A stretch of DNA of 64,000 nucleotides from positions 5,054,662 through 5,118,661 of the forward strand of contig OZ037770.1 of assembly GCA_964035545.1 (NCBI GenBank), in the 5' to 3' direction. The position numbers and the translations under genes were made by a program. This document shows, piece by piece, positions 11,606-23,700 of this stretch. This stretch comes from Bugula neritina (lineage: Eukaryota; Animalia; Bryozoa). The number at the start of each line of letters is the position of its first letter. Position 1 is the first letter of the stretch. The notes beneath the pieces were generated by a model that was given only the letters and a program-made list of their open reading frames with translations, was not told where the DNA came from and searched no databases.

Positions 11606-14350
11606 ATTTGAATCATTGCTTGCAATATAAGATTTAATGACTGTTGACATATGCCATGTGTTTTGTCGGTGAAACTTCAGGTTTAGGAGTTGTTTTCTCT
11701 CATAGCACTATTTATTTATTTATATATCAACTAACTAGTCTAAACTCTGTGGACATAAAATCAAATGAACAACTAATTGAGAATCATTCAACACTCTTTG
11801 TTTAAAATATTATAATGCTGCTCACTAACACAGACTAACATGCATGATTGAATAACTTTTTAACAGACATTGAGTGTTTTTTTAAACAATAAAAATCCTA
11901 GGTGGTATAAATTAGCAAATTGTTAAACCCCTTAAGGTATTCTGCAGTTATAATCAACTATGACGAAGCCTACAGTTGAACTTAATTCTATTTCCTGTAT
12001 TGTTCATCTAGAACCGAAACAGGCATATATGACAAGCTATGGGACTGTGTTTGAGGTAGGCAAGTGACCCCATGTCAATTGATACAACTTACACTATCTT
12101 AAAACTCAATATACACTTATCTAGATATAAGAATGCTTGATAAACAAACCAATATGTCACAAACATTACCAGATATGAATCAAAACCAGATAGTTTATCT
12201 CTCCAGGTCTGTTATTTTACCTTGTCTTCATGTTTGTAATGATTAGCTAAAGCATCAGTTCCAATATATAACTTTTTTATTTATCAAATATTATTAAACT
12301 TGCGTTAATGTTGATGAAATTATATATATATATATTTCAATGTATAATAATGTTTGTGAGAATTAGTAAAAAAATACATAACGTGGAACTTTCTTGCAAA
12401 AATATAAATAGTTATTGCAGACGAAAAATGGATTTCAGTGCATATAAAAAATATGTATATAGATCTTGTATATGCTTCGTATTTTCACAAATGATTATAA
12501 TCTACACTATGTGTCCAATACCAAAATATGAACGTGGTCAAACAATAACAGAGTATTCTAAAAAAAACATTTTTAACTTTTCACCCCATAATCCTGTATT
12601 TTAATTCAGAGTTGAGGAGTTGTCGTTCTTGTCTAGAGTTGGCTATCAGAGAGAAATTTTCATGAGAACGTCTAGACAGATATGGCAAAGACTCGCTGAT
12701 TGTCCCAACAGCCACTGATTTATACACAGGATATCCCTTTTGACCTAAATACAACAGGATACTGAGAATAAATATTTATTGACAAGCTTCTCGTATAGTT
12801 CGATGGAAGTTGTCTTCTTTTTGAAGAATATTTTTCCTGAAATAGGTATATATAGATGGCTGAGTATTATAGATTTAGATAGCTGTTAAGAGTTATTATC
12901 TACAGGTGAAGGTATATTTAAACTGGTCAAGTTCTGTTAGGTTTTGAATTTTTACTGAGTTTAAAACGGTGTGACTTTGAATTTTATTTATTCTCATCTG
13001 GATTGAAGAGTTTAAAGTTGATTTGTAACTTGACAAGTTTTCCGGGTTTATAGTCGCTAACCCTACGACAGTCCCAGATAGAAAAAGTAAACTACAATTT
13101 TCTCTTTTATGTTGTAAAAGAAAATTATGAGTGAGTACCCTTCTTCAACTCACCAGTGGCCTTTGTATAAGATAGAACTGCTGTCTATAATTATGTTTAC
13201 TGTGCCTGTGCTTTAACCACTAGATCATGCTGCAATAGTTACACTTACCTAGAGTATATGTTATGTGATCACACATTCCATAAACCTGAGCAAGTATCAC
13301 TTTCCTGTCTTCACTCGGAATACCATAACTTCTCATTCTACATGAGAATAATAATACTAGCTAACTTGAGTTTATATAATATATTATGCATGCACATGGA
13401 TATAATGTATATGCACTTTGCATCAGAGAGGGATGGATTATCCAAAGTTGTTAGTAATAAAACATTTGACCAGTTTCCACCACATAACCAGCTACAATTA
13501 AACTGGTAAAACTATATCTACCTTTCTACAGCCTGTTTGATAGAGTCTTGGTTATGAGAAGCGAGAACAAATCTGATTTGTCTCTCCTGGTTGCTGTTAT
13601 CACGGATCTTCTGCAGTAGCCAGTTGGCTGTAGAGTTGTAAGAGTTATGTGTAGCCTGTATTCCACCGTGTACAGGACAAGAATGACCTTGACTTTTAGC
13701 TTCATTTTCCTCAGCTACCATGTACGCCCCCCTTACCAATTTAGCTGAAATATCAAACACACAGTTTTTGGAACCTCAGCCTTTTGTTATATAAAAAACA
13801 TAAAATTAAAGAATTCTACATAATATATGTGTGAATCAGTCTAATGGAAGTAAAAATGAACATTCCCAAGCAATTAAACAAATATGATATTGTAATGGGA
13901 TTACGTAGTCTAATAATGGATTCGTCCCCTCCTGTATGGGAATACTTATAACTATATTCTACTATCCAATCAGAAGGACTGGAAGGCAAGGTTCCGGTCA
14001 AGTGACTGTTCGCGGGTTAGCTAGCAGAAACCATGTGTTGTTGAGAGCAGGGGCTCGTAGTAGTATAATGTGTTTATACTTGATTGATGTATTGTGGTTT
14101 TGATATACTGTTATAATTATGTTTATCGAGTTAAATAAAGGTTATCGTACGCAAGCTCTGTTAGTAGTTGCTAGTTAAATTGAAATTAAATACGCAGGCA
14201 ATCCACGCTTGATAATAGTGCTGAAACTCACAACAGTGGTAGCAGCGGTGGGATTTCGCATGTTTCAAGATGACAGAAAGAGGCACAGAGCTACCCATTT
14301 AGAGGAATGAAGGTGAGGAAGATAACGTTGCTATACCTATAAAACCAAAA

Positions 14351-15466
14351 GTGCGAGTGCATAGGGAATGTTACGAAGAGAAGTACTGGCTGAGGGTACC
14401 CACCTTCTCAGGTGAGGAGCCGGTGGAGCAATTCGTTCAGGAATTCCAAGATGTATTGGAGGCTGCACAATGGCCACCTAGAATAGCATTGCTCAAGCTC
14501 AGGATGGCGCTGTCAGACAAAGCCAAGCCGTACGGAGTGGGACCAGACATTGACGGCATCTTTGCTCCCCTGCGAGCCCGTTTTGGTATCTCCGCTGTGG
14601 ATGCGCGGGCCCGTCTCCAAAGACTTCGGCGTGATCCTCACACGCCGCTACAAGAGCACGCTACCACGGTAATGAGACTGGCGCAGATCGCGTTCCGCGA
14701 TCTGCCGCAAGTAAACCGTGAGAGGTACACCTATGATGCCTTCGTGCAGTCCATCAACGACTTGGGACTCCATCACCAACTCTTGGCGAGAGAAGTCACC
14801 ACGGTTGAAGGTGCGCTGGCAGAAGGGGAGGCTTACCTTCTGGCCAGCCAGCTGCATCGGAGCCGTGTGACTTCTTGTCAGGTGGACATGGAGCCCTCCG
14901 CTGTTCCTACCGCTTCTCACGCGGAAACTCCAGCGGTGGCCAAGGTGACGCAGATGACGGTGGCACCGAAGGTCGCACGAATGACTGACATGTTAGCCGA
15001 ACTGGTCTCTGCCTTGGCCCCTCTAAGCCAGCTAGACACCACCCGTGAGCTTGACGGGCCACCGGTGCAGTCGCCTGGTAGAGGACACCCCTCCTGCTGT
15101 GGAAGACCAGGAAACTTCCAGAAACACTGTCCCCAACTTCAACCAGGGTTAAACTACGACGGCCCGCGGATGCTCTCACATCCGGCGGGCCGTCGTAAAA
15201 ACCCCAAGGGAGGACACAGTGGCGTCCGCCACGCCAGACACCCGTCCGGGACCTCGCGGAACGGCCACCAGGACGGCAAGCAGGCTGTACAAGCCGCTCT
15301 CCGCCGGTGTTCTCAATGCCACCCCGCAACAGGTTCGACAAACGATGATCCGCAGAGTCTGCGAGAGGAAATGCCCAAACGTTGCAAGGCGTGGCGCCAC
15401 CCCCTCGACAGCTGGTCCCGAGTCCTCGTCGAGAACCTAACTCCTCCGCCAGGGCGAGGGAGATGA
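14351..15466 (+). CDS. Gag-like protein of Gypsy element 1
   Basis: PTFSGEEPVEQFVQEF...LRARFG capsid-like motifs and a degenerate zinc knuckle; just downstream of the PBS. Confidence 0.75.
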   Translation: MRVHRECYEEKYWLRVPTFSGEEPVEQFVQEFQDVLEAAQWPPRIALLKLRMALSDKAKPYGVGPDIDGIFAPLRARFGISAVDARARLQRLRRDPHTPLQEHATTVMRLAQIAFRDLPQVNRERYTYDAFVQSINDLGLHHQLLAREVTTVEGALAEGEAYLLASQLHRSRVTSCQVDMEPSAVPTASHAETPAVAKVTQMTVAPKVARMTDMLAELVSALAPLSQLDTTRELDGPPVQSPGRGHPSCCGRPGNFQKHCPQLQPGLNYDGPRMLSHPAGRRKNPKGGHSGVRHARHPSGTSRNGHQDGKQAVQAALRRCSQCHPATGSTNDDPQSLREEMPKRCKAWRHPLDSWSRVLVENLTPPPGRGR

Positions 15467-15523
15467 GGTCACCCAAGACACAACTACCTCCCCACGAGAG
15501 CAGCCTGTTTTTACCAGGACAGA

Positions 15524-18089
15524 CACAGTTGGTTTAAGGTCATTACTTTCCAGATTCAGGCACTGCTTTATGTTACATATAAAAGGTTTCCAGGGGATAG
15601 CTCGAACAGTTTTTGTCTCACATTAACAAATTTTACATGAAAAGATAGCTCTTGCATTCCTCTTTCATATACTTTTTTAATTTTTCAACAAAAAATTTTT
15701 TGAGAAAGTTGTTGCATAATAAGTAAAATTTTACACCCTCCATGTTCCACTGCTGTAGCACAGGGGATTCATTTTATAAAGTCTAAAAGTTAAACTTGAC
15801 ATTCCTTGATATGTTTTCTCTAATATACTTTCTTTGTTTTTTGAAATTCTGTTTATGCTCTTCACAATTTGGTAAAAACATACACCATTTTGCAAGTTTC
15901 ACTGCAATTTTCTAAATTCTTCATATGGTGGTTCTAGCTACGCTCCTGTGACTAATTATAGCATTCCTTGTACGTTTGCCGCTCTGCGCTATCACAATAA
16001 CATATTATAGTACCCTCTCGCACAAATTGGCAATCTATTGGATTTCTGCCAATATAATGTTCCCTGTTTTACATTAGCACTTAGCTGAATCATCTCACTA
16101 TGTTACAATAATATATTGAAAATGCCTCAGCACAACATAATTCTTTGTTTGTTTGGCAGAGTTAATTTCAGCTAAATCACTTCACTTTGCAGTCTTGTCA
16201 GTAAAGGTCTGTCTATAGCACAGCAGGTGTACTTTCAGTTTCTCTAATTCACATGATTATTTTAAGTACATTGTATTCTATAAGATCAATTTAAGGTTTA
16301 GTCCAGTGTTCAGTATCTAATTATTATGCATGTATGTTGTCTTACTGTTGAACAAAAGTTAAAAAAAAACTTTACAATTATAGCCATATTTATTATACAT
16401 GCGTAGGATTTGCATAAGTTGACAAAAAAAAATGCAACAAAACAGGGTAGAACCATGACCAACCAACTCGTCGCTGACGCCACTAACCTCTGGACCACGC
16501 AGTCATCGTTAATGAGATGCGCACTATATGAGTGACTATCATTACATAAATATTTCGCGCGCGCAAATGGGTTATAATTATTAGGCTGTCAATTCATGTT
16601 GATAGCAGTCAACTGTTGCAATAGTCTCGGGTTACTAGCAAAGCTAATGGTTTTGAACAAATAACCCAAAAGTTTAAAAATAAGTAGCTTGCGTATTACT
16701 AGCTACAAAAACAGGTCTGAAATAGACTGGTAAAGCAAGCTCTTATTGTAGAGTTTGCAGATGTGCTCTAAAATAAAACTTAAACTGTATGCTATTACAT
16801 AAGTATTTGTATGCGAGAGATAAATGGACATTACTGAGTTTCTGGAAAACAACATACTTGAAGTTAACTTTGACAATGGTGTGTTATTTTCATCATAGCT
16901 AGCCTATAGCATAAATCTCTAATCATATGAATCTTTATGAAGCCCACAGCTCATGTAAGGGTGGCAATGTAATTTGAAATGAACAATTATGTTGCTGCAT
17001 TGTGTCTAAGGTATATTAGAGAGCAGAATTTGGTTTTACTAGCCTACCCCAACGGCATTCTACAATGCAGCTTATATGCTGGCAGTTGTAATAAGTACTG
17101 CCAATAGCAAGGTTACTATCACTGCTAGCTCTGTGCAGTATGTAACCTCTTGAATAATTGCGCCAATTTTAAACTCTTGGAAGTTGGCCAAGTTATCATA
17201 TCGCAGCCAGCCACCGGAGACAAAGCATCAGAGCTATTCATATAATATTATACTGATGCACTTGGTAGCAGAGTGGCTAATCTAATATAGTTCATAGTTC
17301 AACACCCTTTACTTTGGGAATACAGCCTCTTTTTTTAGGTTTACCTTACAAAGCATGAAAATATCTAAACTGACATTCTGATAATTTAGAGGTACATTTT
17401 GAAAACTAGGTTAATTGCACTTGTTTGCACAACAACAATAATAAAATAGATATTATGCAGTATAATAAAAACACACATAATACTATATAATATATTATAA
17501 TGATAATAATATAATATTATAAGTACCATTACTGCATTTTATAAATCACATGGTTGCCAAAAAAATGTATCACAAATTTTGTAATTATACATCAAAAATA
17601 GAACTAGCTAGGCAGCAGGTTAGAATAGAGTAAATTTTTAAAACATGAAATCATGATTTGACTATTGTTTTATTTAGGCCAACCAACCTAGGAATGCAAG
17701 ATTGGGTTTTAGCTGACAGTTTATAAAATTTAGCTTTTGAGCCAGCAGCACTGGCACTTGTGAAGTAAAGGCAAAGTTAGTGAAGCGAGACTAACAAGCA
17801 CTCAAATACAAGGCATATTGAGACACAATAACAAGTCAGGAGCGTATAAATTGAAAAGAATGTGGAAGGGGGACAATGTTTTTCAACAAGCTATAACTTA
17901 AACATGAATTGGCTTTTGAAAAAAATAAAAAAGTATATTGGAGAACATAAGTTTCTTTATCTTTTCATATTTTTTTTGTTCCTGTGACATTCAACCTGTT
18001 CGAGCTATCAGTGGAACATTGTTCATATAGAACATAAAGCACCTGGCAAAGAGCCAGAAAATGAAAAGTATGACCTTAAACCAACTGTG
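15524..18089. mobile_element. Non-autonomous CMC/EnSpm-like DNA transposon nested in the Gypsy protease
   Basis: Perfect 20-bp TIR CACAGTTGGTTTAAGGTCAT plus longer imperfect subterminal IR, 2-bp TSD GA; removal restores SLFLPGQIADKPARFLLDTG. Confidence 0.85.
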
Positions 18090-19997
18090 GATAGCCGACA
18101 AACCTGCCAGGTTTCTGTTGGACACGGGCTGCACCACCAACCTCCTGGGTCGTCGATTCTTCGACACACTCAGTGCTCAGATCCGAAGCAGGCTGGGACC
18201 GTATGAAGGCGATCATGGCACCCTGGCAGACGGGTCGTGCATCCCCTTTTATGGTATCATTGAACTCCCTGGGAGCGTCTGTGACCAGACCATCCAGGAG
18301 AGGTTCATAGTCAGACAACTCCAGGAGGACGCCATCTTTGGGATACCATTATTACAACGACACGGGTGCCGCATCAATTTTGGTAAGTCTGCGATGTTTA
18401 TGGGCGGCCGGGAGCTCGCCTGTGTCGATAAGTTTGGCCATCCCCTAAGGGGAGAAGAGCCGATAGTATGTACTTGTACTATGCCCGGCCACTCCCGGGA
18501 CACCCTCCACCGCCAGGTAGACGGTGGCCGTACCTCCAAGTCGGGAGCTGTAGAGAGCGCGCACCTGAACGTCACACCTGTCCGCAGCTCTAACCAGCTG
18601 GCACGGAAAGGAAAAACCTCGGTGCCATGCCTCCACTCCCCCTCAAGGACAGTGAGCCTACCACCCACCTCTCCACCAAGCTGTACTCCTTCTGTTCAAG
18701 ATGATAACAGCAGGCCATCGCAGGAAACCGCGATGAGAAGTCCTCTAGAGAGTTTGTCTCCAGGGCCAAGGACTACCCCACCCCGCGTCCCACACAGCCA
18801 GGGGACTCGTGAGAGAAAACCAGACGGTTGTGTAAATAACGAGAAGCGCCACGATACGGCCACGTTACTACACAAAACCGAGGCTGCACCTCACCTTGGG
18901 GACCCTGACATGCCCCCAGAGGTGGCACAGGACCCCCACACCAAACCCGCCTCAACCGATGGCGTCAAGGAGCTAGGACACCTCCAGAAACATATTCCGG
19001 GGGTGGTAGCCGACGTCTATCGAATGAAAAGAGAAGGGCGACGACCCAGTGACAAACAACGGAAGCAGGGCTGCGCCGAGTGGCAGCTGTACTGCCGACG
19101 TTGGAACGCACGGCGGATCGGGCCGGATGGTCTATTGACCATATCTTAGGCCGCCAATCACCACCAGCCAGACCAGGAGAGGACTCTCTGTCCTGCCGCC
19201 ATCCGCCAAGAATTGATAGAAGAGGTACACCAGCAGGCTCACGAGAGAGCCCAACAGGTGTTCACCGAACTACAACTCTGGTGGTATTGGCCTAACATGG
19301 AGCGTGATGTGCGACCCAGAGTTGGGCAGTGCGGAGTCTGCCGGGCCAGTAAGCACGGCCCCCCTCCTGACGAAATAGGGCGGCGAAGGCAAAGTGCAGA
19401 AAGACCCGGGCAGACGGAGACTGCTAACCTGGTTGACAAACCGCCTAGGATGCAACCCAAAGCAGTGGCGAGGCAGGAAAAGCCACACCCGTTCAGGGAA
19501 GTGCGCTCACCGCCATCAGCGTGCAAGCCGCCACTGACACTTTCTAAGTCAGGAACCGACCTAGAAGTGCAAAAACCCCCCAAGGGAGGGGCTCCGTGCG
19601 GAGATGCTGGGGAAGCTCCATTTGTCACCAATTGGCTGGAAGCACCACCTGTGAGACGTGACCGTCCACGGGTGCATAAACCGCCTTGGTTGGTGATGAC
19701 ACCTCGGAAACGGTGTTCTAGACCAGTCCCCGCGTATCGCAAGGGCTTACCACGTTCCGTTCAGGGCGCGGTTAAACGTCCTACGAGGCGCCGTAAGGGG
19801 AAGAGAGCAAAGCGTGGGAGTTGTGAGCACCACGAGAATATCAACTTTTGCCTCGGCGGAAATTCAAATAAGATTCATGCGCCGGAGGTAATAAGTCATA
19901 ATCACGTTTCACAACCACGCTGCTCGCTCTTTCATCACATTAATACAGCTTTGAGTAGACGTACATAGAAATCATAAACATACCACTCTCATTCACA

Positions 19998-20762
19998 ATG
20001 GCTTGCCAAGAATCGAGAGACCACACTCGATCGACCAACTCTGGGTCACAGGATCTACACTCTCTCTCCTCCTTGGATAACGGACCGCAAATGGACAACG
20101 GACTGCCCGCGGTGCTGCGTCGAAGACACAGATGGGTGTCACGACGGACGGAGCGGCAAATTGAAGAAGCCTGGAGACCGAGTAAGTCACAACACACCTG
20201 CCATGTGTGTTACGAAGAGCTTCCCTCACACAAAGGACTACGGCTGCATGTGAATGCACACTTCCTGCTACGTTTCTGTCCGTGTGGATTTCAGGACGTA
20301 TACCCCTACCCCGTCGTGGCTCATATGATGGACTGTTTTGCGGGCGAGGGCTATGTAGTAGACGCGGACAACTACGATCAATACCTAGAAGCAGTCAAAC
20401 CAGTGGTTAAGAAGGCTTTAACCTGGGCCGCATTATCCTCCGGATTTTATACATTGCTAACGGCAGCCCCTCAGAAGTCCCCTATGGTGAAAACGGTCGC
20501 CGCAATCATACCGCGGCTAGACAATGCCCCCATGGAAGCATCAGACTCTCCAGAAGAAGCGATGCCGACCCCAACCAGGCCTACCCGCCTAGCAACCGCC
20601 GAAGAAAGACTCCTACGGCTGCAGGATGAATTCACCCAGTTGGCTCCTGACTTACTCAGTACTACAATGGGCCTTAGTGAATTGAAGGGCTCAGTAGGAC
20701 GCCTAAAGCGCAGGCTACGTGCACGGCAAGCACGACACCGGATCCAGTTCCTGCAAAACTAG
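19998..20762 (+). CDS. Gypsy 3' accessory ORF with C2H2-like zinc finger and C-terminal coiled coil
   Basis: Intact 254 aa, CHVC-x12-H-x3-H followed by FCPCG; homologues at 42063-43256 and 50925-51374. Confidence 0.7.
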   Translation: MACQESRDHTRSTNSGSQDLHSLSSLDNGPQMDNGLPAVLRRRHRWVSRRTERQIEEAWRPSKSQHTCHVCYEELPSHKGLRLHVNAHFLLRFCPCGFQDVYPYPVVAHMMDCFAGEGYVVDADNYDQYLEAVKPVVKKALTWAALSSGFYTLLTAAPQKSPMVKTVAAIIPRLDNAPMEASDSPEEAMPTPTRPTRLATAEERLLRLQDEFTQLAPDLLSTTMGLSELKGSVGRLKRRLRARQARHRIQFLQN

Positions 20763-23700
20763 GAGCTGGCAGTTGACAATTCCACCCCGCATGTCCTCGG
20801 GATACTACGTTGTGATCGTGTAATTGCTTGATCTGCTAACGACCTACGATCCAGGACTCTCTCTCTATAGCTGGCCAGCTGTACGCTGGCTGTCCGTTAT
20901 CTTACTTATATGTTTATATTTGTCGTACATTTGATGTTTCTCTTCTTTCTCTTTGTGGGTTTTCTTTACTTATGTTATTTTTGCATTATTATACTATTTT
21001 GTTTTATCAGAAAGTGGGGCTTTCTGCTGATGGGGGCGATGTAATGGGATTACGTAGTCTAATAATGGATTCGTCCCCTCCTGTATGGGAATACTTATAA
21101 CTATATTCTACTATCCAATCAGAAGGACCGGAAGGCAAGGTTCCGGTCAAGTGACTGTTCGCGGGTTAGCTAGCAGAAACCATGTGTTGTTGAGAGCAGG
21201 GGCTCGTAGTAGTGAGATGTGTTTATAATTGATTGATGTATTGTGGTTTTGATATACTGTTATAATTATGTTTATCGAGTTGAATAAAGGTTATCGTACG
21301 CAAGCTCTGTTAGTAGTTGCTAGTTAAATTGAAATTAAATACGCAGGCAATCCACGCTTGATAATTGTGCTAAAACTCACAACAATATTGAACCATACTC
21401 ATCTGTTGATAAAAATTTTAAATTAGCTGCATTTTGTCAAAGTTTATATTATAAACAAGCTCATTTTAATATGAGTTGAGAGTTTGTTTTTCTACAAGAA
21501 CCCAACATTGCAGAATCATTAGAGTACAATTGGATGCGTCAATAACTTTTAAAATGCATTTTGAGTTATGCCAATCAGCTGAATAAAGGACATTGGAAGG
21601 TCACATGGATCCACAACATAGAGTATAAACTGTAATAGATTATCTCAAATCAATCTTTAATCTAATATACAATATGTTTGTGATTGTGAAGCAGATTTTC
21701 CTCTCAATTATTTATGTGTTTGCTAGTTCAACCTATTGGGAATTTTAATTATTATTTATATACTTGGGAGTTGCCCTCTTAACATTTGGTGAAGGCCAGA
21801 ATATAGACAACTCCGTATGCTAATCAGGTAATCAACTGAAAAACTGAATGACTCACCCCATAGTAAAGGTTGTTCTTCTCGGCAAAATTGAATTCCCACT
21901 GCAAGGCCTCAAATAACTTCTACAATGTGCAAGAAACAACCAACATAGTGTGCACACATGCAGACATCTTTGTAGAATAGGTTATACAATTACTAAAATC
22001 ATATTTACATGGAGAAACAAAAACACACCTTCTGCACCTTGAGAACCAATTTGAATCAAGTTTAAATGTTTAATAGAAAAAATAATGAAAGAAATACAAC
22101 TTTTGGTTTGGTCTGTAAATTCACATTCTGAAACTTACTATCTGTAGCTAACAGCAGTCTAACCTTGAGGTAGCATTGTGTTGTGTTCCAAACAACAGCC
22201 TTGGACCTATTACACACTAGACTGAGAGCCATGGCCAAAGCTTTGAGAGCCGGGTTTGTGTTGGTATACTCAGCGTCTACCATCAACACGGTGTCCGTGG
22301 CAACAGCTTTCTGTCCTACTTCACCGAGCAGAATCAGCCCCGACAGCACTTCTGGGACGATGCCAAAAGCCCCAGGTGTCTCTGCTAGCCACCTCAGGGT
22401 GTCTACAGGTACAGCCTATGTGCTGTATAATGCAGTGAAAGTAGTTATGAATATCAGGACAGTTCTTAGTTGATATTTGGATTATTTGAAATGAGTCAAC
22501 AAACTTATCTAATATGACAAAACCTACAGAAGTTTAAAGTCACTATCCTTGATGGTATAAGGAACATTTTAAAAGCTGACTAAAAGCTTAAATTATTATG
22601 TGGCACAATAGTAAATCACACATGACCTTTACTGAGAATTGACCCCATCACCTTGGTGTTACTAAGTTAGAAATCTAACCCCTAAACCACTGCTGCTTCC
22701 TAACATATTTATAGGATAAGTAGAAGGTATAAAAATACGCAAATTTGGTGAGGTCTAAACATTTTTAAACTAATATCTTTGTGCTTTACAATTGGCACGT
22801 TGAATCTGCACTCCAAACCAAGACACATGGCTACAATATAGGAACTTGAGCTATATCTCATACAATCCATAGACCTAAAGGACTTATCACTTACACAGAT
22901 TACAGACTATAATCACTGCTTCTCACTGCTACAGGACTATCAGGACTATAAAGAGAAAAGATTTAATGTGAACCAGTTACAACTGGCTTCAACCAAAACA
23001 CTGGGATATGTAAATTCTTTTTCAATGATGGCTGTCACTGAGACATGAAAATATAATAGCTCATGATAAGCCGACTTACAGCACAATACTATGGAAACTG
23101 AAAAACTCATTTGCTATGAACTATAATATTTATTTTGTAACGAATCTAAAATCTGCCAGCCTACACTGCAAATGCTCTTATATAATTGAGAGCTCCTTCC
23201 CCCTCCCCCTACACTATGCCCTTTGTATAACCCCCTTTTCCCCTTCCTACACCACTTACGCTCACTGCATGTCCATCATTGGGTTAAGTGAATGAATTGT
23301 TCATTTGGTCAACATGCAGAAACAACTGCGTTGAATGAAACTAAAAACCATAAGTTATTACAAACTACAAGCACAATTTAATCTGTTATCATCATGGCAG
23401 CCAAGCTTTTTGATGTAGAATGTTCTGGAAATATAATGAATAAACTATGGGGTTGTTAAAGTACACAATGGCGTTGTTTCCATGACAACAAAGTCCATCT
23501 ACATTCACACTAAACATTACATTATCTTGATTGTTATTCTTAAACTTGTGTAAGTCTTGTAAGTTTATTTAAACTCGTGTAATTTTTATTTGTTTTTTTC
23601 AAATTCTCAAATAGAATTTACACTTTCTATATTAAGTGTATATATTTGCAGTTGAAATTGAAATTTATGATTTCTAGTTAAAAGTCTGGGTGCAGAGCGA

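Larger units (their letters stand above)
13891..21384 (+). mobile_element. Gypsy LTR retrotransposon 1, both LTRs present, non-autonomous, in a PRODH2 intron
   Basis: 345-bp LTRs 13891-14235 and 21040-21384 (TG...CA, about 8 differences), 4-bp TSD ATAT, tRNA-Leu-type PBS TGGTAGCAGCGGTGGG, PPT. Gag 14351-15466, protease LLDTG, integrase HHCC; no RT, RNaseH or integrase core. Confidence 0.92.

Noticed and set aside
14648-15476. Antisense and overlapping ORFs inside the GC-rich Gypsy interiors
   Set aside because: Expected by chance in GC-rich coding DNA; no recognisable motifs.
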